This document shows positions 19,098 through 28,859 of a DNA stretch of 64,000 nucleotides, piece after piece. The notes under the pieces are model-generated. The model was not told the origin of the DNA. It searched no databases and saw only the letters and a program-made list of their open reading frames with translations. Origin of the DNA: a virus; IMG/VR virus record IMGVR_UViG_3300006139_000001; one strand, 5' to 3'. A program made the position numbers and the translations under genes. Each line of letters opens with the position of its first letter. The stretch's first letter is position 1.

Positions 19098-19904
19098 CTA
19101 CTTCCATGTTGTGGTTTTTGCATACTCACAACTATTTCTGAAATTACAGAGATTGGTGCAATAGAAATAATCCAGTGTTACATCATAATCTGTTTCTTGC
19201 TCAATAGCATGAATCGTATCAACAAACCACTTTACCGCTGCATCATACTCATCTTTCTTAAATGGAATTGTTGCAAATTTGCCACCATCTTTGAAGTGAT
19301 TCCAAGTGATTTCTTTAGGAAACTCGCCATACTTCTCCATGACTGCGTATGAGTATAAGTACATCTGTTTCTTGTAGTTTTCAAAACTATGCTTTGACTT
19401 TGCCTTAACATCGCCATTTAGCTTAAATGGATATTCGCTTGACTTATTATCTACAACGACAATTTTGCCATCTCGTTTATCTCTAAGCAATAAGTCTATG
19501 TAACCAACAAAATCATAGCCTTCTAATTTGAATTTGACCTCTAGCTCAACGCCAAGAATCTCATAGTCGTTTAGCCAACCAAAGTCAACGTTTGCGAAAT
19601 AATCTGCACAAGTTTCAAATGTCTTATCCATCGTAGACTTTCTAGTTTTGTAGAAAACATTGTTATCAAAATTATCTACATAATACTGCGATGCTTCATC
19701 TGGCGTTAATTCACCATTGAAAATCATCGCAAGAATTTCATGAACAAAACTGCCGACTTCTGCATAGAAATTGCCCTCAGATAAATACTCGTTATCATCA
19801 TTGACAATGTAGTTTAAGTAAAATTCGTACTTGCAATGCTCAAAAGAAGTTAGTCTTGAATAAGACCATCGCATTTTGTCAATATCTTCTTTGTATTCGC
19901 ACAT
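19098..19904 (-). CDS. PD-(D/E)XK nuclease, Cas4/RecB-like, with Fe-S cysteines
   Basis: N-terminal CKYEF plus C-terminal CTNLCNFRNSCEY cysteine cluster. Central ELEVKF...GYIDLLLRDK...VVVDNKS nuclease core. Confidence 0.65.
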   Translation of the reverse strand: MCEYKEDIDKMRWSYSRLTSFEHCKYEFYLNYIVNDDNEYLSEGNFYAEVGSFVHEILAMIFNGELTPDEASQYYVDNFDNNVFYKTRKSTMDKTFETCADYFANVDFGWLNDYEILGVELEVKFKLEGYDFVGYIDLLLRDKRDGKIVVVDNKSSEYPFKLNGDVKAKSKHSFENYKKQMYLYSYAVMEKYGEFPKEITWNHFKDGGKFATIPFKKDEYDAAVKWFVDTIHAIEQETDYDVTLDYFYCTNLCNFRNSCEYAKTTTWK

Positions 19905-20926
19905 TAGACCACCTTCTTTCTACTGTTATATAATTCTTCCCAAATTTCTTCTCCAAGGTCTACAGGCGCATTCTTAGCATCTTTGCCACCAAGCAAATGT
20001 TTTTTGTCTTGAATTATATAGACATTCGTAATTCGTTTTAGCTTATCAATACTTTGTCGAACACTGCTATCTCTATAATCGACATCTGAATCATAGGCGA
20101 AAACGATGTTGACTTTGAGTTTTGCTAGCAAATCAACTTGTTCTTTTGTAAGCGTGTGCTTCTCGGCAGAGGCACAGTTTTTATACCCCCACCCATAGGC
20201 TTTCATGACTGATTTTATTGACTCAAAAATGATAATTTCATTTGCTTCTTTTACATATGGCAATGTAATATTCAATCCTTGAAAATAATCCATAACTCCA
20301 ACAGTAAAGTAGTTAATATACTTTGGTATTTTTAAAGCTTTAAAATTCTTGTTTCTGGTTCTACCCTTAACATTGATTAAGTTACCATTAATATCACAAA
20401 CTGGATAAACAATTCTGTTTTGACCGTTCTGACTGGCATCTATTCTAATATCAAATAAATCCATGACATCTTGCTTAATACCTTCATCAAGCCATTCTTG
20501 CACTGGCTCTTGTTCATATTTGTTAAATTCTTCCCAATCTAAAATTCGGTGTTGATATGGTGCTTGTTTTGGCTCATTCAAAGCTCTCATCTTTTTTAGA
20601 AATGTTATTGTGCTTGAATGACACATCTTAGATAGGTCAACTTCTGCTAACCTTGCTGCCTTTTCAACTGCATCCTCAAATTCCAGACCTTCAAAGTCAA
20701 TCAAATACCCAATAATGCCGCCAGAACGATGGCATGAAAAGCAGTAGTAAGAGTTTTTTGCGGGGGTAAAAGAAAGGGATGGCGTATTATCTGTATGAGC
20801 TGGGCAATGAGCAAAATAGTCATCACCTTTCTTCTCCAACTCCAAGGATTGGCTTACATAACCTAAAAGGTCAGCATTTTCGTTGATTTGTTGTAGCATC
20901 TCATCATCGTAATTATCCAACATCAA
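19904..20926 (-). CDS. DnaG-like DNA primase (CHC2 zinc finger plus TOPRIM)
   Basis: Zinc-binding motif CPAHTDNTPSLSF...CFSCHRSG. TOPRIM-like IIFESIKS...VFAYDSDVD. Confidence 0.75.
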   Translation of the reverse strand: MMLDNYDDEMLQQINENADLLGYVSQSLELEKKGDDYFAHCPAHTDNTPSLSFTPAKNSYYCFSCHRSGGIIGYLIDFEGLEFEDAVEKAARLAEVDLSKMCHSSTITFLKKMRALNEPKQAPYQHRILDWEEFNKYEQEPVQEWLDEGIKQDVMDLFDIRIDASQNGQNRIVYPVCDINGNLINVKGRTRNKNFKALKIPKYINYFTVGVMDYFQGLNITLPYVKEANEIIIFESIKSVMKAYGWGYKNCASAEKHTLTKEQVDLLAKLKVNIVFAYDSDVDYRDSSVRQSIDKLKRITNVYIIQDKKHLLGGKDAKNAPVDLGEEIWEELYNSRKKVV

Positions 20927-20943
20927 CGAACTTGCCTCCCTTC

Positions 20944-22287
20944 TTAGTAGTCATCCTGTCTGTAGTGTTGCTCGGCTTCCACAATCGTCATTGTGTCGCC
21001 TGAGAATACAAAATCAATGTAATCCTCATCATCATCTTCTTGCATTTGTCTACCAAGGCGATTTACATATATCTTTGCAAAAGCGTTTCCACACTGCATA
21101 CCATCTTTAGCAATCATCTCCTGGGTTTTGTATTCCCACTTGATACCAACAGACAGATAACGATTAATTTTCATACTGTCAGCAACTTCGCCGTTCCTAT
21201 TTAGCTGGCAAGCAGCAAGTACAGGAATATCGAGTTCACCGGCGATATTGTTCTTCAAAAAGTCGCATTTTGCACCAAGCAAGTTGTAGTTATCACTTGA
21301 TGATGTTTCATTGCTTTTCAAATAGTCATAAACAACAAACCCAAGACCGATTTTGTTTTGCAACATCTTACAGATAGAGTAAAGTCGCTCCATTGTAAGA
21401 TTTGGGTTGTAGATATGTACAAACGGCTGTTCCTTCAACCATGTAATGCAGTTTTGAATAACCTCGGCTTCTTCATCGCTATATCTACCATTTTTAATTC
21501 GCTTCATATCAATTCCTGTAAGGTGAGATAGAAGTCGCTCAGTATAAAGTCTTGTTGGCATTTCACTGTCAACAACCAATGTTGGTACGCCATTCTTTAA
21601 TTTGTGAACAACCTCGTTCATGAGGAATACTGATTTACCTTGCTTATACTTTGCCTGGATAACAACAAGTTCTCCTGGCTCATATGTAAAGTAATCAATG
21701 AATGACGGGAACTTAGATGGAATTCCATACATACCATCTGCTGTTCTTCTGCTAACAATGTCATCCCATATATTTTCAATATCGTTTCCAAGAGTGTGAA
21801 TCTCAGTGGTGACGATATATTTTTGTGTCAATTCGTCCAGTTCTGAATAAACCGAACTACTTAGTTTTTCAAGTGTGAAATCTGGTTTGTAACAGTTCGC
21901 ACTTATCTGGTTTAATGTCTTAATTAAATCTCTCTTGAAAGCAAGCGTGACAATGTTTTCGGCAAGCATTTTATATTCTTCCAGAGTATTTCTTGCCGCA
22001 CCTTTATACAGTTCAACGAACTCTTGAACCGATGGGAGATTGTATTTATCAATGGTTTTTTGTACTCCCTGATGACTCTGCAACTTATTTGAAATATTGT
22101 AGGCATCTATGTTTGTAATACCTTCTTTGTACAATTCCTGAATTGCCCAATAAATACAGGAATTTTCTTTACCAAAGAAATAATTCGGTTTCAAGTAGTC
22201 GGTATGTGTAATAAACTCTGGATGATAAATCAATGAGCCAATCACGCCACTCTCAGACTGAATATCTGAAAGTTCTGCAATATCCAT
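20944..22287 (-). CDS. DnaB-family replicative helicase
   Basis: 447 aa. Walker A GELVVIQAKYKQGKS. RecA-like core with Walker B LVVDSE. Confidence 0.75.
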   Translation of the reverse strand: MDIAELSDIQSESGVIGSLIYHPEFITHTDYLKPNYFFGKENSCIYWAIQELYKEGITNIDAYNISNKLQSHQGVQKTIDKYNLPSVQEFVELYKGAARNTLEEYKMLAENIVTLAFKRDLIKTLNQISANCYKPDFTLEKLSSSVYSELDELTQKYIVTTEIHTLGNDIENIWDDIVSRRTADGMYGIPSKFPSFIDYFTYEPGELVVIQAKYKQGKSVFLMNEVVHKLKNGVPTLVVDSEMPTRLYTERLLSHLTGIDMKRIKNGRYSDEEAEVIQNCITWLKEQPFVHIYNPNLTMERLYSICKMLQNKIGLGFVVYDYLKSNETSSSDNYNLLGAKCDFLKNNIAGELDIPVLAACQLNRNGEVADSMKINRYLSVGIKWEYKTQEMIAKDGMQCGNAFAKIYVNRLGRQMQEDDDEDYIDFVFSGDTMTIVEAEQHYRQDDY

Positions 22288-22300
22288 CGCTTACCTCCTA

Positions 22301-22822
22301 TTAGCCATTGTTTTTAATGATACTTTGAAATCCATTTGGCTTTTTGTTTAAGGAAAACTTTGGTGCAGCATCTTCCTTTTCAACTACAACAAAACTATCT
22401 TTGCTGTAGCCAGTTGCACTGAGCTTCTTCTTCGTGTAAGCATCTTTAATTTCTTTCTTATCAACGAAATACTTGAAACCAGCCGGATAATTCAAATTTA
22501 ATTTGTGTTCGATAATATAGTTCATTACGAACACAAGATAATCAGATTCAATACCTCTTGCGATAAGGTCATTAAGCACTCGGAACAACTGACTATACAC
22601 AACAGTCTTGTTAATATGTTCAAGCCAAAGGTTTTTGATAAGCTGAAGGTCTGCTTTAGTAGCTTCATCTTTCCATTCGCCGCTCACTTTCGCCTTATAG
22701 CAATCCTTGTGATAGTACATATTTCCTTTAACCACATACTCATCGCAAGTAATATCAATATCTTTAGTTGTGTGTTTACATTGCCGATAACGGCAAGTTT
22801 TAATGTCAGATTTCTTCGCCAT
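22301..22822 (-). CDS. Hypothetical protein with N-terminal zinc-finger-like Cys/His cluster
   Basis: CRYRQCKH...CDEY...HKDC at the N-terminus. 173 aa. Confidence 0.3.
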   Translation of the reverse strand: MAKKSDIKTCRYRQCKHTTKDIDITCDEYVVKGNMYYHKDCYKAKVSGEWKDEATKADLQLIKNLWLEHINKTVVYSQLFRVLNDLIARGIESDYLVFVMNYIIEHKLNLNYPAGFKYFVDKKEIKDAYTKKKLSATGYSKDSFVVVEKEDAAPKFSLNKKPNGFQSIIKNNG

Positions 22823-22824
22823 GC

Positions 22825-23442
22825 TTATTCTTCCTTTTCAAGTAAATACGTTGATTCTAAATCTGCTTCAAAAATCGCTAGAACAAGCGGATATTTTTTA
22901 ATAGCAAGAGATAGAGTGTTCCAATTTTCTTTTGCCTCTGTGAAACCCATATGCCATCTAATTGCATAGCGCTCAATTGGTTTCAGCTTAATGAATTCCT
23001 CAATCATCATCACAGACTTCTCGCCATGACCATATGGAATCTTGTCATCAACTGTATAACCAGGCACAGTTTCCCAATCGTATCTGCCAGCGCTATCAGA
23101 CTTCTTACCATGGTCGCTGTAGATTTTCTTGTTCTTCATCTCAACGGCATAGTAGTTAGACTTGCAAATATCGTGAAGAAGGGCAGCAATAATAATGCTT
23201 TCTCGCCCAACCTCGCCTAATCTATCTGCCCAAACAGGGTCATTGAGTTTATCTAAGAGGCAATCGGCTACATTCAAACTATGTTCCACTAAGCCACCCT
23301 CATGGCACGAATGAAATCTCGTGCTTGCAGGAGCGGTATAGAAGTCTGACTTTCTGAGATATTCAAGAAGTTTATCCATACCGTCCCTATCGCACTCAGA
23401 CAGCATAGCTTCAAATCTTTCAATATAATCTTGATTTGCCAT
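22825..23442 (-). CDS. HD-domain phosphohydrolase (dNTP hydrolase candidate)
   Basis: H...HD metal-binding pattern: FHSCHEGGLVEHSL...AALLHDICK. 205 aa. Confidence 0.7.
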   Translation of the reverse strand: MANQDYIERFEAMLSECDRDGMDKLLEYLRKSDFYTAPASTRFHSCHEGGLVEHSLNVADCLLDKLNDPVWADRLGEVGRESIIIAALLHDICKSNYYAVEMKNKKIYSDHGKKSDSAGRYDWETVPGYTVDDKIPYGHGEKSVMMIEEFIKLKPIERYAIRWHMGFTEAKENWNTLSLAIKKYPLVLAIFEADLESTYLLEKEE

Positions 23443-23458
23443 GCTTATTACCTCTCAA

Positions 23459-23920
23459 TTAAAACGGAAGTTCATCCTCGTCATCTGCATCTTCCTGCGC
23501 AGCAGCTTTGGTCTTTGCCTTACTACCAGTAGCAGACTTCTTACCCTTGCCAGTACTCTTTGCGCTGGAGTTATTTGAACTATCGCCACCATTGTTATCG
23601 GGAATTTCAAACCCAAAGATAACGCAGTTGGTGTACAGCTTCTTAGTCTTGGTATCGTAATTGTTTGTTACATCACAAGAAGAAATCTTTACTGAGACAC
23701 CCTTATCACTTTGAGAGTCAAATTCCTCTCTCGTAGGAAGTCCAAGGTCTTTTGCGGCTTCATGAGCCGAACCAACAAGACGGACATATCCATCGCTGAA
23801 CTCAACATCATACTTGCCGGTTTCCTTATTCTTTCTACTAACACTGACATTTGCCGTACTATACTTGCCCTCGTCGTTTACACTCCAAATTCGTGCAAAA
23901 GCACCCTGTCTAAATCCCAT
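23459..23920 (-). CDS. ssb: Single-stranded DNA-binding protein
   Basis: OB-fold-sized N-terminal domain, Gly/Ser/Lys-rich linker, and acidic C-terminal tail DADDEDELPF typical of SSB. Confidence 0.7.
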   Translation of the reverse strand: MGFRQGAFARIWSVNDEGKYSTANVSVSRKNKETGKYDVEFSDGYVRLVGSAHEAAKDLGLPTREEFDSQSDKGVSVKISSCDVTNNYDTKTKKLYTNCVIFGFEIPDNNGGDSSNNSSAKSTGKGKKSATGSKAKTKAAAQEDADDEDELPF

Positions 23921-23930
23921 ATGTAATTCC

Positions 23931-24566
23931 TCACTTTCTAACCGCTAAAAGCTGCTTCTCTAAGTTGGTCAGAATATCAACATCTTCGATGTTGTTGTAG
24001 TTACCGGTGATAAGGTCATCGTCCAGATTTGGATTAGCCTGTTTCTCCGCCGCCTTACAAAGTTCAGCAACCTTTGCTTTTGATTTATCGGATAGAGCCA
24101 CCTTCTTGGCAGCAAGTTCCTTAATCTTCTCTTTTAGTTCGATAGTCTTAGAAGTTTCTTCCGGCAAATCCTCGCCCTCATAGATGTACAAACCAAGACC
24201 ATGTAATGCACACGCCTTAACCAGACAGCGCTTTAAGCTCTTGTTGGCATCAACGGAAGTAATCTGGTCAGCAGGAATACTCTTATTCTTGAAATCCATG
24301 ATTGCAAGAGTCTCAACAATCTCTTGACCGTTTACCGTTACACCAACTTCAACCCAGCCGGTTCTACCATCATCATGCCAGTAGCGAGTATTGCCTCCTT
24401 CATCCATAACCTGCGGATAAATCTTGTACGTCGCATCTGGATACTTCTTCTTAACCTCTGCCCACGCAGAAGCCCAAGATAGATACGATAAACCATTCTT
24501 TGTCTTAATCTTGGTAGAAACATCAACTGCGTTCAAAATGTCAAATACACTTTTATTTTCAGCCAT
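23931..24566 (-). CDS. Putative single-strand annealing / recombination protein (Rad52/Sak-like)
   Basis: N-terminal NGLSYLSWASAWAEVKKKYP pattern reminiscent of Sak/Rad52-family annealases. Adjacent to ssb. Assignment from memory of the family, not verified. Confidence 0.4.
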   Translation of the reverse strand: MAENKSVFDILNAVDVSTKIKTKNGLSYLSWASAWAEVKKKYPDATYKIYPQVMDEGGNTRYWHDDGRTGWVEVGVTVNGQEIVETLAIMDFKNKSIPADQITSVDANKSLKRCLVKACALHGLGLYIYEGEDLPEETSKTIELKEKIKELAAKKVALSDKSKAKVAELCKAAEKQANPNLDDDLITGNYNNIEDVDILTNLEKQLLAVRK

Positions 24567-24711
24567 TTCTCATTTACCTTTCATTTCTTTTTCTGATTTA
24601 ATTCTTCGCTCTAAACTAAGCGTCTCTTACCGAACAATCAATAGAATCACCTTTTCTTTATTTTGAAATATCTATATTAAACACCCTTGCGGATGGGATT
24701 GTTTGATGAAC

Positions 24712-25568
24712 TTAATAATTTGTAATTAGTACCTCAACACTACTGTTCGCAGATTTATCCTTGGTTTGGTAGTTGCAATTTTTATAGTCCATATTTAGAT
24801 AGTGGACATTGTACTTTTTGCACCATTGCTTTAGAATATCATTAGATTTGCCTTTATGTTCTAACACATTTGAAAGCGCCCATTTATATTCCGCTGCATT
24901 CAGTTCATCCAGATAATCAAGGAGTTTCTTTTCGTAGTCGGCAGACCATTTACAAAAATAGTCTCTTTCATATGCGCCGACAGTAATCAGATATGGTGGG
25001 TCAACATACACAAAAGCATTCTCAGGATTACACAACGAGCCTATATCTACATCAACGAAGTCCTTAGATAGAAATAAAATGTTGCTTTTATTTTTGACTT
25101 CTATATAGGATTTTAGCTTTTCTCTTAGTTGCGGACTAAAGTAGCTTCGTCCTGCGCCAGATGGCATATTGTACTCACCTTTTGAGTTAAAAGCTATCTG
25201 ATAGTTAAAAGCGTGTGTTAGTAGGCAATATAGGAGAACTGCATTTTCTCTGCTGGTCATTGCACCTAAATGCTCATTGTAATATTGTCGCAAATTCAGG
25301 AAACCTTGTTTGTTTTCTTTTGAGAGTTGCCATCTATTAATGACATTATCTACATCTGCAACAAAGTCGCTATCCAGGTTTTTGAAGATATTAACCAGCG
25401 GAGCAGATTTCTCGTTGTATATGTATTTGTTTGCTTCTGTATTAAATGTTACTTCGCCACTCCCCCGAACAAATCTACAAATGTATCAATGTCTGACGGG
25501 AAAAGAGGAAGTATTTGTGGTAATAGTTTGTACTTTGCTCCAATGTAGTTGAATGGATTCTTGTACAT
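24712..25568 (-). pseudogene. DNA adenine methyltransferase (Dam family) interrupted by a frameshift at a G5 tract (plus-strand C5 at 25462-25466)
   Basis: ATG at 25568 opens MYKNPFNYIGSKYKLLPQILPLFPSDIDTFVDLFGG, then a stop. With six instead of five G the frame continues ...FGGSGEVTFNTEANKY... into ORF 24712-25293, which carries the DPPY motif (VDPPYLITVGAYERDY). Preceded by an RBS and a consensus promoter. Confidence 0.75.
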
Positions 25569-25573
25569 AAGCT

Positions 25574-25620
25574 ATTATACCTCCTTTTCTCTGCTATGTC
25601 AATAGTTTTTCTGATTTAAT
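25574..25620 (-). promoter_or_regulatory. Consensus promoter (TTGACA-17-TATAAT) plus conserved upstream element, driving the Dam gene
   Basis: rc(25597-25602)=TTGACA, spacer 17, rc(25574-25579)=TATAAT. The ATG at 25568 lies only 5 nt after the -10, suggesting a leaderless or near-leaderless transcript. Motif at 25606-25620. Confidence 0.55.
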
Positions 25621-25622
25621 TT

Positions 25623-26746
25623 TTAATTGCAGACAGTTATATCTTCATTGACATCATCTGCATATTTATCAATCATCTTCCAACGAAAATGTCTATCATT
25701 TGGCACAAGCCCAAGTTCTTCAAGAAGAAAGCGTCTATCATAATCGTGAACTGTATGACCATCAGACTTGAATGTTGTTGGACTATCTAAATCCCATTTG
25801 AGCAATAAAGCCCAAAGGTTAGGATAGTCTTTTCTTAATATTCTTAACTGGTCAACGCCTTGATTATGGCAGAACCAACAACCGCCTCTTGTAGCGGTTG
25901 TATATATTGGTGAGAGCAAATTATTTTCTTCACACCATTGTCTGCAATATGCTTCATCCCATCCAATATCTACCAATGGAAGAATCTTGTCTGGAACACT
26001 GTGCCTTTTAATACGCTCTGGCTCATCGGCTGCTATTCCAAGGTACTGCACGATATTTTTCTTTGCGCCTCGCACAGTGGCGCTATCTGAAAACCCTCTG
26101 TTTGAGCTGAGTACACCAATTCCCTCTGCCGATTGAGATTGGAAATCCGTAAGGCAGCAAGTTTGAGGTCGCTGTTGCACCAAGTTCCTCTTGGGATTGG
26201 GAATCCGAGAATTGATTGTTCGCATTGCAGCGACTTTGAGTTGTGAGTTCGCTCCGCAACCTGCTCCGTGTCTCTGCCAACCGTCTCTCTCTTGTGGTTT
26301 CTTCCTGCGATTCGGAATGTGATAGAATAGCTTCTCGTAAGTCACCTTTTCCAATTCTTGACAGGGCATTGACTTTGAGCCTACTGTTACACCACGCTCC
26401 GAGCGTGTACGGGAAACCATAGATTCGGTTTTTGTTTTTTCCTGTGTTAATCCATTCATAGAATTGGATTTCGTAGGTAAGTTTCTTACCCCCGAACAGC
26501 GCAGATATGTTCAACCTCGATACCATATTTCTCTTTGATAATCTTGTCGGCGTAAGCCTTGAACTCTACCATAGGTGGTAAATCAGCCGGAATAGTATCG
26601 GTAGCCCATACTTCTGCGTGAATAATTCTGTCGAGAGGATAACCGAGTTCTTTGATGGCTTCCAAACACGCTATGCTGTCTTTGCCATATGACAATGACA
26701 ATATATATTCTGTATTTGGTTCTCTTTGCATCGATAATCCTTTCAA
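25623..26746 (-). pseudogene. PAPS-reductase / PP-loop ATPase family gene in two pieces, separated by a ~0.4 kb non-protein-like insert. N-part 26486-26731 (SYGKDS PP-loop); C-part about 25623-26075.
   Basis: N-piece MQREPNTEYILSLSYGKDSIACLEAIKELG... ends at a stop at 26486, immediately after a G5 tract. C-piece resumes with PAPS-reductase-like ...KKNIVQYLGIAADEPERIKR...GGCWFCHNQG. ATG at 26731 with an AAAGGA RBS. Confidence 0.6.
26076..26485 (-). other. GC-rich (~50% GC) intervening segment inside the PAPS-reductase-like gene. Internally repetitive (degenerate 30-60-nt tandem units) and open in two frames. Candidate self-splicing intron, iteron array or other RNA/DNA element.
   Basis: Composition sharply different from the flanking AT-rich coding DNA. 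Translation is low-complexity. Direct repeats ccaattccctctgccgattgagattggaaatccg / ccaagttcctcttgggattgggaatccgag, and ttTGAGgtcGCTGTTgCAC recurring three times. Confidence 0.4.
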
Positions 26747-26822
26747 TTTCTTTTTCCTTTTGTTATCTGTGCTATAACTTTACATCTATGTTTTATCTGC
26801 AACAAACGGTAACACGCAATTA

Positions 26823-28088
26823 TCAGTCCAATGTTTTTTCTGATTTAATCTTTTGAATTATATTTGACTTCCCATTAAAGTCATAATATTGTTGAGCAAT
26901 ATGTGGGTAAAGCGCCTCAACCATCTCCATCGCTCTCCACTCTGAACCTTTTATACCAATATCTTTTAGATACTGCTCAACATCTCTTTTGTAAAGTTTA
27001 TATCCATTTTTTCTCATCCCTCTACATTGACAAAATAATCGGAATGTAAATGTATTAAATATTGATGGTTGGTTACACCAAGCAGCAACAGCAGCATAAA
27101 ATGATGAAAACTCAGACTCATATACCTTTTCAAAACGCATTATATATGGCTTTGCACCATATTTGCTTAATATATCAATCCTATCAAACAGATTTTTTAT
27201 ATCTGTTTCCCAAAACGAGTTATCATATTTATCTTTCTTGTCGCATCCACAGAAAACATAAAATTTCAATTCTCTTTTCCAATTTGGTACGGTTTTTCTT
27301 ATCAATTCAAGTTTGGATATTATCAAATCTTTATCTTCAATATTATCAAATGCAAATATCATTTCTCCATCGTACTTCCACTTGGAAATTTCAAGTATTT
27401 TTTCTACTGTCAGCAATCTTTCATCTAACCCTTGTTTAAACTGAAATCTCTTTCCGCTATTAATTACTGGTTGTATTAGTTCTTTCCACTTTGCATATCC
27501 AAAGAAATTATCGTCTAAGAAACATACTTTTGGTCTACTATCATCTAAGAATTCGCTCAAAGAGCTTGCCTGAACAGCACCTTTATAATTCCTATTCACA
27601 CAATAATAACAACCTCTAAAACATTTTCTTGTAAGATAACCAATAGAATAATCAAGATAATATGTAAATTCAGAGCGTTTTGCTCCATTGGCTATTGCAT
27701 TGTTTACCCATTCATCGTATAGATGATAGTCTGGCATGATATGTTCTATCTCATTTGGCAGAGATGGCGCTTTATCATAAAAAAAACCAGTTCCACCGTA
27801 TTCGATATTTGGTTGTTTTAGAAATTCATTATCCTTATACCATTCTGAAATATTATCAGATGTTTTATTTGATTTATCTTCTGGCTCTCCTGGAATTTCT
27901 GTATCGGTAAATACTTTTGAGATATATACCTTATCAAATACTTCTAAACCTTCATAATCGGTTTTTAGTATAACATTGTCACCAAGTTTTTTATGATAAG
28001 CCGATATTTTCATGGAACACAAATTCGGAAATCTGTGCTTTTTCTTGCCTACAATATCAGCATCTATAACCGCAATTTTTCTACTCAA
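26823..28088 (-). CDS. Radical SAM enzyme (possibly with an N-terminal cobalamin-binding-like domain)
   Basis: CFRGCYYC (CxxxCxxC) about 160 aa into a 421-aa protein. N-terminal RKIAVIDADIVGKKK...KISAYHKKLGDNVIL resembles B12-binding-domain starts of class B radical SAM enzymes. Tentative. Confidence 0.55.
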   Translation of the reverse strand: MSRKIAVIDADIVGKKKHRFPNLCSMKISAYHKKLGDNVILKTDYEGLEVFDKVYISKVFTDTEIPGEPEDKSNKTSDNISEWYKDNEFLKQPNIEYGGTGFFYDKAPSLPNEIEHIMPDYHLYDEWVNNAIANGAKRSEFTYYLDYSIGYLTRKCFRGCYYCVNRNYKGAVQASSLSEFLDDSRPKVCFLDDNFFGYAKWKELIQPVINSGKRFQFKQGLDERLLTVEKILEISKWKYDGEMIFAFDNIEDKDLIISKLELIRKTVPNWKRELKFYVFCGCDKKDKYDNSFWETDIKNLFDRIDILSKYGAKPYIMRFEKVYESEFSSFYAAVAAWCNQPSIFNTFTFRLFCQCRGMRKNGYKLYKRDVEQYLKDIGIKGSEWRAMEMVEALYPHIAQQYYDFNGKSNIIQKIKSEKTLD

Positions 28089-28115
28089 TTTGCACTCCTA
28101 TATTTTTCAATTATT

Positions 28116-28361
28116 TTATAGTCCTGTATTTTGATTCTTGGTAACAGTAACATGCGTACCGCTTGTGTTTCCGATGAGTCTATTTGCACGTCTTATACTA
28201 TCTGCAAATTCATCGGCTTCATCTTTATTAGTAAATGCTTGATAGCATTGTTCTGTTTGACCGTAAAATTCACCATAGCGACGTGTCCATTCTACAACCC
28301 AAATGTCAATACCACTCTTTAAAGTGTGAGTTCCTTTCTTAAAAATTTTAATTATAGACAA
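28116..28361 (-). CDS. Hypothetical small protein
   Basis: 81-aa ORF. Confidence 0.3.
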   Translation of the reverse strand: MSIIKIFKKGTHTLKSGIDIWVVEWTRRYGEFYGQTEQCYQAFTNKDEADEFADSIRRANRLIGNTSGTHVTVTKNQNTGL

Positions 28362-28574
28362 TTTTCATTACTCCTATCAATAATTTCTATATTGAATAAT
28401 TCGTTTTGCTTATTTGGTAGAATATCATAATTTTCAAATGGAAGTAAATCAGGAACTCCATTAACAACATTTATACCAATTTTATTATTCATTCTAATTT
28501 TGACACGTTGGTATGTAACAATATATTTGTTTTTTGAATCCGAAAATATTTGATTTTGTAAACCTCAAACTATT

Positions 28575-28859
28575 TTAATATTTTGGGTCGATAGCGACAG
28601 TACCAACAATTTGCATAGGTCTAATAATACAATTAAACCATTCTGTATCTCGAATATCCTCTGTTGTATATACAAAATTTACTCGCCTACCTTTGAAATT
28701 TGTAAATGGTTTAACCCAATAAAAGTACAAAATAGGTGTTTCATATACAAATTCATTAGTGGAGTTAATTTTTACCACACCATTCGGAGCATTTATTGCA
28801 ACAAAACTTTTTGCAGTTTCTATATCTTCAAAAACTAAAGCAATTTTTATACGATTCAT
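28575..28859 (-). CDS. Hypothetical small protein
   Basis: 94-aa ORF. Confidence 0.3.
   Translation of the reverse strand: MNRIKIALVFEDIETAKSFVAINAPNGVVKINSTNEFVYETPILYFYWVKPFTNFKGRRVNFVYTTEDIRDTEWFNCIIRPMQIVGTVAIDPKY

Noticed and set aside
26083-26526. 147-aa minus-strand ORF spanning the GC-rich insert
   Set aside because: Open only because the GC-rich segment lacks stop codons. Low-complexity Ser/Arg/Glu-rich translation. A second frame is equally open.
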